A DNA stretch of 64,000 nucleotides from Nitrosopumilus sp. (lineage in GTDB: Archaea; Thermoproteota; Nitrososphaeria; Nitrososphaerales; Nitrosopumilaceae), in contig OZ245040.1 of the NCBI GenBank assembly GCA_965224195.1, positions 1,568,001 through 1,632,000 of the forward strand, read 5' to 3'. Under the pieces are notes generated by a model, which had not been told where the DNA came from, made no database searches, and saw nothing but the letters and a program-made list of their open reading frames with translations. Shown here piece after piece: positions 53,672 to 62,473 of the stretch. The number at the start of each line of letters is the position of its first letter. Position 1 is the stretch's first letter. Both the position numbers and the translations under genes were made by a program.

Positions 53672-54094
53672 ATGACAGAATTATACACAATGAATAGAAT
53701 AGAACATGTAATTACCTTAAATGAAATGATTTGTACTGAACTTGAACAGGAATATGAAGCAAATTCAGGGATTATAGTTCAAATATTTGAAGAAATTAAT
53801 AAAATCACTTTCATTAGAGACAAACGGGAAAGAATACTTTCAAAAGCAGCTTTTTTGTTGATAGCTGTAACACGATTAAAACCATTTAAGAGGCAAAATA
53901 GGGCCACTGCTACATCAGAAACAAAACGTTATCTTATTGACAATGGTTTTGCATTACCCCTTAACACAAAACCGGAAGAAGATGAATTTTTCTTACTTTT
54001 AGAAAATGCAAGAACTAAAGACATAGAAGATGAAACAGTTTTAATTGATGTTCTAGAGTATCTGCGAAAAAATGTCATAAAGACAGTTTTCTAA
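53672..54094 (+). CDS. Fic/Doc-like protein with degenerate motif
   Basis: ILSKAAFLLIAVTRLKPFKRQNRATA....YLIDNGF aligns with the Doc pattern KAA.L...I...HPF.DGNKRTA....FL..NG. Confidence 0.7.
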   Translation: MTELYTMNRIEHVITLNEMICTELEQEYEANSGIIVQIFEEINKITFIRDKRERILSKAAFLLIAVTRLKPFKRQNRATATSETKRYLIDNGFALPLNTKPEEDEFFLLLENARTKDIEDETVLIDVLEYLRKNVIKTVF

Positions 54095-54237
54095 TCTAAT
54101 TTACCAGTAGCAAAAGCACGAAATAATCGAGGATTTTCTAACATGATTTCTTTGGCTACACGCAAATATTCTTCAGTTTCAGCATCATCGTGTTTTAATT
54201 GAGGCAAGTCGTGTGGGATTCCAGGTTCTTTTTGCAT
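54091..54237 (-). CDS. 48-aa protein, candidate antitoxin
   Basis: Manual translation MQKEPGIPHDLPQLKHDDAETEEYLRVAKEIMLENPRLFRAFATGKLD; its stop overlaps the Fic gene stop. Confidence 0.5.
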   Translation of the reverse strand: MQKEPGIPHDLPQLKHDDAETEEYLRVAKEIMLENPRLFRAFATGKLD

Positions 54238-54363
54238 ATTCTAATTTTTAATATCTAGATAATAAATAGTATGTTTAATTTTTTATTTAAACGCATAAAA
54301 TTCTTGAAATTTTTAAATGAATATTAACTCAATTGTGCCTACTAGCATTTTGAAATTACACAT

Positions 54364-54597
54364 GTGAGAAAAGACTACTTGGATAGAATTACCGAGGTGC
54401 AAATTGGAAGCATGTCCTTTTCTGTAGAAACAATAGCAAGATGGATAGACAAAGATCACGAATATGTGTATACCATAAAGTATGGACAAGAAGCAAAGGT
54501 TCATGCTAGAATACGACGAGATACAAATAGAATATTCTTGACTACAGAACCAGATAGTACACTAGAAAACAACTTGGACTTTTTACCAAGTTTTTAA
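54364..54597 (+). CDS. DUF3892-like small protein
   Basis: C-terminal FLTTEPDSTLENNLDFLP matches the recalled YL.T.PD....NNL..LP signature. ORF-track coordinates. Confidence 0.7.
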   Translation: MRKDYLDRITEVQIGSMSFSVETIARWIDKDHEYVYTIKYGQEAKVHARIRRDTNRIFLTTEPDSTLENNLDFLPSF

Positions 54598-55088
54598 TTT
54601 TTTCTCAGGTCTCGACACTTTACACTAGAAGATTAGGATCTAAAGCCCCATCAACTTTACAATGCCGAAAATAACAGAGACATCTTTGCAAAATCACAAG
54701 ATCATACACAAGGACATCCAGCTGTTGCAGCCGTTCCACACATACAAGCTGCGGTCAATCAATGTTGGATTGTGGATCTATCAGCGTCTTGAATGCGCAC
54801 ACGCGATGCACACCATGTCTGTACATCAGACACAGGCAGTAGTACCATTTGAAGAATTTTTACAAAGTATCATATTGGAATTTTTAGCAAAAACGACTGC
54901 GCAGATACGCAGCCGGAACATCCCGCAGGACGAGCCGGCAAAAGAAGAAGAACCAGAAAAAGAAAAACAGCCGGCAAAAGGAAAAGAACCGGCAAAAGGA
55001 AAACAGCAAAAACAAAGCTAAATAGTTCTGCTACGTATTAGGCTGACTTGTCCACAGTACATAAAGGGTAGTTTGGTGTAGATTAGAC

Positions 55089-55280
55089 ATGCAAATTACA
55101 TACAAACTTGAAAAATTACAAACTGGTGGGTTTATGGCTTATTGTCCGGCAATGAAACCAGTAGTAGTAGAAGGTGAAACAGAAGAAGAAGCAACTAAAA
55201 AATTATTAATTGCCGCTAAAATGTATGTTGATCGTCATCCTGAAATCAGCAGTTCGTTAAGAATTTCTAATTTGGAATGA
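55089..55280 (+). CDS. HicB-family antitoxin
   Basis: GGFMAYCPAM.PVVVEGETEEEA..KL..A..Y pattern. Confidence 0.75.
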   Translation: MQITYKLEKLQTGGFMAYCPAMKPVVVEGETEEEATKKLLIAAKMYVDRHPEISSSLRISNLE

Positions 55281-55500
55281 TAAAACTTGAAAATAAATCA
55301 ATATAATTCACAACAAACATTGAAAGTGTTTCAAACTTTGGGATTTAAAACTATCATAGAAAATAAATTTATGAATTATCTTTATCATGATGGCATAATG
55401 GATGAAATTATTGTAGATAAAAAAACTACTAATATCAAATTCGGTGATTAGTAAATCATTATGTAATATCAAATTAGATGATTGGGTTTTTGATTCATTA
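55277..55500 (+). pseudogene. Disrupted small gene overlapping the hicB stop, possible HicA-like partner
   Basis: ATGA overlap, early stop, then LKVFQTLGFK in another segment. Confidence 0.35.
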
Positions 55501-55522
55501 TACGCAAATCTAACTTAATTTA

Positions 55523-55957
55523 ATGTTAAGTTTAGATAACTCCGTCAATCTTTTAATTTTATTTTCTACTAAATTCAAAACGGCTTGGACGTACTTGGTT
55601 GAAAGATATGACAAACATATTGAATGGAGTGGTAAAGCAGATGAAGGAGGAATAATAAAGATGGATAAAAGTACAAGTAAGCAACAAGCAGATGCATTTA
55701 AAATTGTAAATGAATTGAGAAAAAAAGGATCAAATTGGCAGGACGTTAATCACATAATTCAAGATCCAACATTTGTAAACTCTGCAGCTGTAGAAGGAGT
55801 ACAAGTTGCAGATGCTATTGCATACTGTACATTTAGACATAAAACAGGTTCTACAAAATTTGAACCGTATTGGGAAAAAATTTATGGTAAATTTAGAAAA
55901 GGGGAATTTGGAACGGTGAAAGGTTACGGAATTAAAGAATTTCCAGAAGAAGTATAA
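55523..55957 (+). pseudogene. DUF3800-family protein, C-terminal fragment
   Basis: FVNS....GVQVADAIAYC and YGIKEFP signature; the N-terminal YxDESG motif is absent. Confidence 0.65.
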
Positions 55958-55959
55958 TC

Positions 55960-56045
55960 GAGAACATGTAACGAGGAACCCCCCATTGAACACGCTCTCT
56001 CATAGTGCGACCCGCACTACTTGTTACCAGTAACACGTCTGACCC
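55960..56045 (+). ncRNA. Candidate structured RNA directly 3' of the DUF3800 gene
   Basis: GC-richer stretch with hairpins TAGTGCG-acc-CGCACTA (56003-56019) and TGTTAC-ca-GTAACA (56022-56035). Confidence 0.4.
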
Positions 56046-56055
56046 TATAAGTGTT

Positions 56056-56102
56056 AGGAGCTAATCATAAGGAGCTAATCATAAGGAGCTAATCATAAGG
56101 AG
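56056..56102. repeat. 14-bp tandem repeat, 3.4 copies
   Basis: (aggagctaatcata)3 followed by aggag. Confidence 0.9.
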
Positions 56103-56721
56103 ATAACACATTGAAAAAAATACATTACGGATTAAATATTAAAAATAGATTTTAATAAAAAACAAATATGGAATAAAGAATTTTAATTTCTAACTTGTAT
56201 TATCTTTGTTCTAGCTATTACAACTCAATCGTTCTTGACACGCATGATTATAGTCATATTGTTTTAAAGTATTACTAGTTTGTAACGCATTTTTATTATT
56301 TTTGAGATCATTATTATATTTCGATTATAAACGGGCCATTGTTATATTATTCTAAATTATTCAAATATCCCAAAAGAGCAAATAGGCCATTCCAAGTTTT
56401 TTTTTTAAAATGCGTTGTCGAATTTGCAGCATTGCTTTTAAAAGATATACAAGTTCTGATGATAGAAGATCTTGCAAGGCATAAAAGTTTAGGATGTGAC
56501 ATGTTTGGATGAGAGTCCAACAAGGAGATATAATGTTTTTTTAGAATAGAATCTAAATGTTGTATCTTCAAAGAAATGTTTTTTGCACGTTGTACATTAG
56601 ATACATCAAAGATGCATTATAATAAAATTAATGATATGTTGTGATGTTTTTTATTTAATTCGTGCCATATCAGTGAGATCAAGACATGTGCGGGATGATA
56701 AGAACAAGCTAGGATCGCCAA

Positions 56722-57069
56722 TCATCCTAGCTTGTCATATATGATTTTTGTAAACTGCCCAACCATTGCAGGGTTTGGGGCCTCGTCATATTTCTTGAGG
56801 GCATGCAGGACCCTCTGATTAATTTTGTACAAGAGCACGGCATTTGCATCAATGACACTGCACGTCTCAGAATCCAAGTCGCCAGGCGGAGTTTTATTCT
56901 CAAGATCAATGCGTCTCTTCTCCATGTGAACCTGGTTGTCAGACTTGCCACAGCTCTGGTCTTTGCACCAGTGATCATTTACTTTGTATATGGCATCACC
57001 GGCTCTGATTTGTGCACTGCAGACCTTGCAGGTGCTGTCAAACCTTGAGGCCATAGATATGACAGACAT
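56722..57069 (-). CDS. Virus-like small zinc-binding protein
   Basis: SRFDSTCKVC...I..GD.I...HWC...C; translationally coupled to the upstream nuclease. Confidence 0.7.
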   Translation of the reverse strand: MSVISMASRFDSTCKVCSAQIRAGDAIYKVNDHWCKDQSCGKSDNQVHMEKRRIDLENKTPPGDLDSETCSVIDANAVLLYKINQRVLHALKKYDEAPNPAMVGQFTKIIYDKLG

Positions 57070-57863
57070 TAGTTTATCCTCCTCAAAAACTCTAGATATT
57101 TTGTTGGCGAGTTGTCAGTTGATTCAGGTTCCCAAAACATTTGGATTGTCTCAAGCATCTCATCTGCATAGTCTGCAAACTTTACCTTGTGTATTCTGCA
57201 CTTTCCGTCCTCACATGACTCTATGATTACCAGATTTTCTATGATTTTTTTGGTGGAATCATAATGCATAAAGGCATACATTGCAGCTTGCAAATACCAC
57301 ACATCTCGTCGTTTGCCGTAACGAGGTTTTCGTGTCGTCTTGAAATCAATGACGGATGAGACGCCATCATATGCTGCAATAACATCTGCAGTTCCGGCCA
57401 CTTTGAGGGTGTCAGATTTCATAATTTCTTCCAGTCCCCGAACATCGGATATTTTATTGAGATGTTCTGAAATCTGTGATACATGTGCTGATGCAATCAG
57501 ATCCAGCTTTGTCACATTTAGTCCTGAAAGTTTTTCATAGAGAGCTTGATGTACTGCTGTTCCAATTTTTGCCGCATTGTTTCGTCTGTCCAACAAAGCT
57601 TCTGGTGAGAGATTTACATATCTCATCCAGGATTTGTCTTGCATCTCATTGAGCAGTGTTGTAGCTGATGCATATTTTGTGTCGCCACAAGTATAGTATC
57701 GGAACCGGTCCTCATTGTGTTGCAGTATTTTGCCAGCTGGCTGCACCTGGGCTGTCTTGCATGATGCATTGCAGGGAGAGTTTGATTTCTGTTCTCCTTG
57801 CAAGCTGACAGGATTGTACTCCAAAAGAAGATCGGTTCTCTTGTAACTTTGTGTTTGGTTCAT
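57069..57863 (-). CDS. PD-(D/E)XK exonuclease, phage exonuclease/MGME1-like
   Basis: RYY...YASATTLL, GTAVH, VAGTADVI....VIDFKT and WYLQAAMYA motifs. Lacks the Cas4 four-Cys cluster. Confidence 0.85.
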   Translation of the reverse strand: MNQTQSYKRTDLLLEYNPVSLQGEQKSNSPCNASCKTAQVQPAGKILQHNEDRFRYYTCGDTKYASATTLLNEMQDKSWMRYVNLSPEALLDRRNNAAKIGTAVHQALYEKLSGLNVTKLDLIASAHVSQISEHLNKISDVRGLEEIMKSDTLKVAGTADVIAAYDGVSSVIDFKTTRKPRYGKRRDVWYLQAAMYAFMHYDSTKKIIENLVIIESCEDGKCRIHKVKFADYADEMLETIQMFWEPESTDNSPTKYLEFLRRIN

Positions 57864-57953
57864 GTTATGGCATAGTTATAGTATAATATATATCTTATAT
57901 CATAACATATGGCATAGCAAATCATATATTACAATATATCTTATAGTGTAAAT

Positions 57954-58073
57954 ATGCCAATACGCATAATAAAATGTGAATGCGGACATGAATTTGCAAC
58001 CAAAAAAAATCCAAAGCAGGTCTTGCAATGCAGCAAGTGTGGGATTCATTTTTGCAGGTGTGAGAAAACCTGA
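57954..58073 (+). CDS. 39-aa zinc-ribbon protein, divergent from the exonuclease
   Basis: Manual translation MPIRIIKCECGHEFATKKNPKQVLQCSKCGIHFCRCEKT. Confidence 0.6.
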   Translation: MPIRIIKCECGHEFATKKNPKQVLQCSKCGIHFCRCEKT

Positions 58074-58153
58074 ATTTTTGAGATCAGTTGCTTATCCTTG
58101 TGAAAGTTCGATTCAAATTAGCTTTCTTTTTTCAAAGCTCCGTTTCCTACTTT

Positions 58154-58333
58154 GTTTTAATGGGGCCTCACCAGGAGGTGAGGAAATTATGAGCCTGTTT
58201 GCTTGCTCTAGCTTCAATATTTTGCTTCAATGGGACCGTAACTTTTTCGTTACGGAAAAGCGTTCTCTCTGAATATCACAACGTGGACAACGCAACACCT
58301 TCAATGGGACCGTAACTTTTAATTATGAATAAT
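58154..58333 (-). CRISPR. Orphan CRISPR mini-array: 3 repeats and 2 spacers, type I-G (I-U)-like repeats
   Basis: R1 GTTTTAATGGGGCCTCACCAGGAGGTGAGGAAAT (58154). R2 GCTTCAATGGGACCGTAACTTTTTCGTTACGGAAAAG (58224). R3 CCTTCAATGGGACCGTAACTTTT, then degenerate (58298). Spacers are about 36 and 37 nt. Confidence 0.75.
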
Positions 58334-58762
58334 ATGTAATTGAATCAGTTGACAGCTAGGTGTTAGTTCGTCTTTGAGCTAGCCTTTTTTTATTTTCTGA
58401 CAAACATTTTAATTCATATCCTATTCTGTATTTTACTAATTTTGCCAGGGGTTTAACACTTGTACACATCAGCTAAATCCCAAAAATATGATACGAACAT
58501 CAGGCATTGCTCTATTTTCTCAGAAACCATTCTAAAAGTATGGGGGTACAACAATTGTGCCTAACAGAATGATGCAATGCTACAACCACCAAGATATCTC
58601 ATCTAAACATGTATGATCTTTTTGTGTTATGAGTAAAAGTTAAATCCGTATCTAACCAAAATGATTTCGTGCCTATAATTTGGCTTTAGTTGTACGGGTT
58701 TAGCTTTTGTGCGTAAATTATATTTTTGACAAAAAATCATTAAATAATATGTCTATCTATAG

Positions 58763-59005
58763 ATGTACATGGAACAAACAAGCATTGCGGTTTCAAAAAA
58801 ATCAAAAGAGCAATGGGAGAAATTCAAGAACTACCCTGGCGAATCAATGGAGAACATGATTAATCGAATTCTAAAACACCAGAAAGAAGAGGATGAAGAA
58901 CTACTTACAGAAAAGGACATTGCTGAGATAAAAGCATCAGTTGCAGACATTGAACAAGGTAACTACATCACACAAGAACAGATGAAAAAAAAGTACGGAT
59001 TGTAA
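58763..59005 (+). CDS. Antitoxin of a RelE-associated type II TA pair
   Basis: TSIAVSK...GESMENMINRIL DNA-binding N-terminus; IEQGNYITQEQMKKKYGL C-terminus. Confidence 0.8.
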   Translation: MYMEQTSIAVSKKSKEQWEKFKNYPGESMENMINRILKHQKEEDEELLTEKDIAEIKASVADIEQGNYITQEQMKKKYGL

Positions 59006-59006
59006 T

Positions 59007-59267
59007 TTGACGGTTGTTTGGAAGGTCATTTATTCTGACAAAGCCCAAAAAGATCTGGATCACATTGGCTCAAACATTGCAAAAAAAGTAATCTTATTGA
59101 TGGATGAAATTGCATTGGATCCATATGGGTTGCTTGAAAAGATGACAAACTCACCATTTTACAAATTTCGTATTGGGCAATATCGGGGGATTGTGCATGT
59201 CATAAACGACAAACTCATTGTGCACGTATTCAAAATAAAACACCGCTCCCAAGTCTACAAAAAATAA
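59007..59267 (+). CDS. relE: RelE/ParE-family toxin
   Basis: WKVIYSDKAQKDL...YKFRIGQYR...IKHRSQVYK. Confidence 0.85.
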   Translation: MTVVWKVIYSDKAQKDLDHIGSNIAKKVILLMDEIALDPYGLLEKMTNSPFYKFRIGQYRGIVHVINDKLIVHVFKIKHRSQVYKK

Positions 59268-59549
59268 TTTTTACAATTCTACATACTATCATTATCTACT
59301 ATTTCTAGAAAGATTGTAACAAATATCTACTGCAGTTAACCACAGGTATCTCACAAATAACCTTGATAAGGGTTGTACTGTTGATATCTATGCCGTAAAT
59401 AATGATGATCTGCAGTGAGACTGCCACGTTTATTCATCCAGCAGCATAAATTCTAAAAATTTCCAAAAATAATTATTTAAAAATTACATATTATTCAAAC
59501 AGAACTGTTGTCAAGTTAACTATGAATTATTGTGTTGTTATAATGAAAT

Positions 59550-60761
59550 TTAGTTATGTTTTGCCGTCTCAATGTATAAAACAACAGCAATAAACACAAC
59601 TAGAAAAGATACTATTGAAATTATTAGTAATTCACTCATCGATAGTTTAGGTTCAACAGGTTCTGGTGTTGGTTCAGGTGTGTATACAGGTTCTGGTGTT
59701 GGTTCAGGTGTGTATACAGGTTCTGGTGTTGGTTCAGGTGTGTATACAGGTTCTGGTGTTGGTTCAGGTGTGTATACAGGTTCTGGTGTTGGTTCAGGTG
59801 TGTATACAGGTTCTGGTGTTGGTTCAGGTGTGTATACAGGTTCTGGTGTTGGTTCAGGTGTGTATACAGGTTCTGGTGTTGGTTCAGGTGTGTATACAGG
59901 TTCAGGTGTTGGTTCAGGTGTGTATACAGGTTCAGGTGTTGGTTCTGGTGTTGGTTCTGGTGTTGGTTCTGGTGTTGGTTCTGGTGTTGGTTCTGGTGTT
60001 GGTTCTGGTGTTGGTTCTGGTGTTGGTTCTGGTGTTGGTTCTGGTGTTGGTTCTGGTGTTGGTTCTGGTGTTGGTTCTGGTGTTGGTTCTGGTGTTGGTT
60101 CTGGTGTTGGTTCTGGTGTTGGTTCAGGTGTTGGTTCTGGTGTTGGTTCTGGTGTTGGTTCTGGTGTTGGTTCTGGTGTTGGTTCTGGTGTTGGTTCTGG
60201 TGTTGGTTCTGGTGTGTATACAGATTCTGGTGTTGGTTCAGGTGTGTATACAGATTCGGGTGTTGGTTCAGGTGTTGGTTCAGGTGCTCTGACAGATGAT
60301 GGTCTGTTGTCCCTGCCGACAATGGCCTTTAACAGTTCATCCAAATTCATATTATCATAATATACTATGCCAAGCAGTTCCTTCAGTATGATGTGGCCAT
60401 CACAGTATGCCGCAGCAGATTCTACCTGTGCCTGTTTTTGTGATTTGTCGTAACTTTTTATCGACATTACATTTTCAGAAAGCATCTCTAAACCCTCAAA
60501 GCTAAACGCATATAGAGAGATGGGTACGTGTACGGACTTGAAAAGATCTTTCATGCTGGCCTGGGATGTCACGTCAATGCCGGCATTGGATGGATGCCCG
60601 TCTAAGACAATGGAGGCGCCAAGGTTGTCCCCATATGTACCTGCAACTAATACCACATCATTTTCCAGTCCGCACTGGTTGTACAGTAGTAGTATTGGAC
60701 TCACAAGAAAAGAACCATCGTTTTGAACTAGGATATCAGCAATAGAAGTAAAAGAATACAA
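59550..60761 (-). pseudogene. 5'-truncated near-identical copy of the C-terminal domain, stalk and anchor of the 44263-51081 protein
   Basis: 60284-60703 nearly identical to 44535-44954; no signal peptide; expanded PEPT stalk. Confidence 0.75.
59658..60283. repeat. 12-bp (PEPT) and 30-bp ([10 protein letters not shown]) tandem repeats
   Basis: (ggttctggtgtt)n and (ggttcaggtgtgtatacaggttctggtgtt)n. Confidence 0.95.
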
Positions 60762-60794
60762 ACCAAACTGGTCTACTGTATTTTTACAATCAAC

Positions 60795-61000
60795 TCATCC
60801 CAATACTCCCCAATACATCAGAATTGATGCCAAGTAAACAAATGATAAATAATTATCACGGTTCTTTTCGTATCTGATACTTGTCCTATGAGATCCATTT
60901 TTCAACCAAGCAAAGAATCTCTCCACTACAAATCTTGTTTTTTTGTAGTTTTTGCAACTGTATTTTTCACTGTTGTTTTTCTTGAAATTTCTTTTTGGAA
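60795..61000 (-). mobile_element. IS5-family transposase C-terminal remnant
   Basis: RFVVERFFAWLKNGSHRTSIRYEKNRDNYLSFVYLASILMYWGVLG*. Confidence 0.8.
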
Positions 61001-61148
61001 TACTGCATGGAACAATATTTTTGTTTTAACCAAACCTGGTAAAATTTGCTCATTTTTTAACATATTTAAATTCAAACTGTCGTTTTTCACGATCTTCCTC
61101 AAGTACTACAAAAATGAAATGCAGAATCATAATAAGAAAAAAGGGTGT

Positions 61149-61386
61149 TTATGTTTGGCCTTCAATATCCATCAGGGTTAGAGGTGAACGAATCTTTTCA
61201 ATTTTTCTTATTTTCCAGGTAATTGTTTCTCTAAGTTTTTCAACAGTATCAGATTCGATTGGCCAAAATATCGTATGCACCAAAAGTTCCATGAACTTCC
61301 TTGACACCTTACAAGCTCTTTAGTTGCTGAATAATAGCTTCTTCAGAACCCAGTTCACAGTTTATTAAAACATAATCTGTTGCCGG
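61149..61386 (-). pseudogene. Lrp/AsnC ligand-binding domain protein, disrupted
   Basis: ATDYVLINCELGSEEAIIQQLKSL*GVKEVHGTFGAYDILA/fs/IESDTVEKLRETITWKIRKIEKIRS; internal stop plus frameshift. Confidence 0.85.
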
Positions 61387-61470
61387 CTTCCTGGAAATCA
61401 TCAATATTTCACCTGATTATTCATTAAACTAACCACTCAGATCCATGAATCATCAAATATTTCTCATTCC

Positions 61471-61790
61471 ATGAAAAACAAACACCAGCGCATGATAAAT
61501 ATCATGCGCCAGATTCCAAAGAAAATGAATGCTCCGTTGTTTGTATATCCAAAATCAAAGCATATATTTTCAGTACACCAGCACATCATTTTACCAGTCC
61601 TCCGACAGTACGAGTCAGAAAGTTATGAGAGTTTTGTTGAATGGCTGGATGCTGCAACTGAGATTGTTCTGCAATTACAGCTCAAAACCATTCCACATTT
61701 TACAACACTTCAAAAGGCAGCAGCTCGAATCAGTGAAGGAGCATTACACGCAGCAACTGGCAAATTCATCGGAATTGTATCTCCTAATTC
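61471..61790 (+). mobile_element. IS5/IS4-superfamily transposase N-terminal remnant
   Basis: FSVHQHIIL.VLRQYE..SYE.FVEWL...IPHFTTLQKAAAR; truncated before the DDE core. Confidence 0.7.
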
Positions 61791-61799
61791 CATTTTGCA

Positions 61800-62068
61800 G
61801 AAGCAGATGCAGCAGTATTTGAAAACATCACTATCGCCTGACTCTATTTCATAAGTAATGATGCCTGATTTGTTTGCCAATTCAATAATGGCATTTTTAT
61901 CTTTAAAATCTGCAACAATTTGAGTTGCCACAACTTGTGAAGCAGGACAATTTTCGGGGGATCTAATACGATAATTTCAGTTATTTCATCAGGCATTTTT
62001 TTTGCAGCCTCTGCAATCATCATTCCTAATTGACCCCCGCCAATAATTCCAAGAATCTTTCCCATCAC
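61800..62068 (-). pseudogene. purK: purK 5' fragment, frameshifted and truncated
   Basis: MGKILGIIGGGQLGMMIAEAA...IVLDP/fs/NCPASQV...ADFKD...IITYEIE. Confidence 0.85.
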
Positions 62069-62262
62069 AAAATAGATGTTTTTGGATTAAAAATATCCAA
62101 CGCTGATTAGAATATTTTTCATCTGTTTTGTAATAGAATTGTTGGTTATCCATAGGTCAAAAACAATGGCAACATGTTTTTTGAGGCATTGGGGAAAAAT
62201 TCCATACGCTAATCTGCTAACGGTCAAATTAATTAAGGAAAGTTATGCTGTAATTCTTTTGA

Positions 62263-62413
62263 ATTGTGGTTTTGATTTTGCTTGCATCATGGCATTAGTG
62301 TATACTTCAGCTAAATCCATGCCTTCAGCAATAATTTGCTCGTCTTCAAGTGCAATCCATTTACCTCCAAGGGCATGATTTTTTATGGAATTGGTTGCTT
62401 TGCTCATATTCAT
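62263..62413 (-). pseudogene. DUF5678-like small protein, frameshift in an A-run
   Basis: MNMSKATNSIK/fs/NHALGGKWIALEDEQIIAEGMDLAEVYTNAMMQAKSKP. Confidence 0.5.
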
Positions 62414-62473
62414 ATCTATTTTAGACAGTATAATTAGTTTTTTTCAAAATAGTATAAAAATAGATGTGTTTAC

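Larger units (their letters stand above)
53521..54666. mobile_element. Non-autonomous element with 60-bp terminal inverted repeats carrying passenger genes
   Basis: 53521-53580 is the reverse complement of 54607-54666, with the outer ~35 bp perfect (GGCATTGTAAAGTTGATGGGGCTTTAGATCCTAAT). No transposase inside. Confidence 0.85.

Noticed and set aside
54662-55021. 119-aa ORF beginning at 54662
   Set aside because: Its ATG lies inside the right TIR. It is probably a chimeric or interrupted frame, although the 3' EPAK repeat part may be a real gene remnant.
57069-57863. Calling the nuclease Cas4 because it is near the mini-array
   Set aside because: It lacks the Cas4 Fe-S cysteine pattern, and its motifs fit phage exonuclease/MGME1-like proteins.
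59572-60360. Alternative-frame ORFs (GSGV, HQNQ and VLVL repeats)
   Set aside because: Frame and strand shadows of the PEPT tandem repeat.
44535-60703. Diversity-generating retroelement (TR/VR pair) for the duplicated C-terminal segment
   Set aside because: No reverse transcriptase in the window, and the few differences are not confined to adenines.
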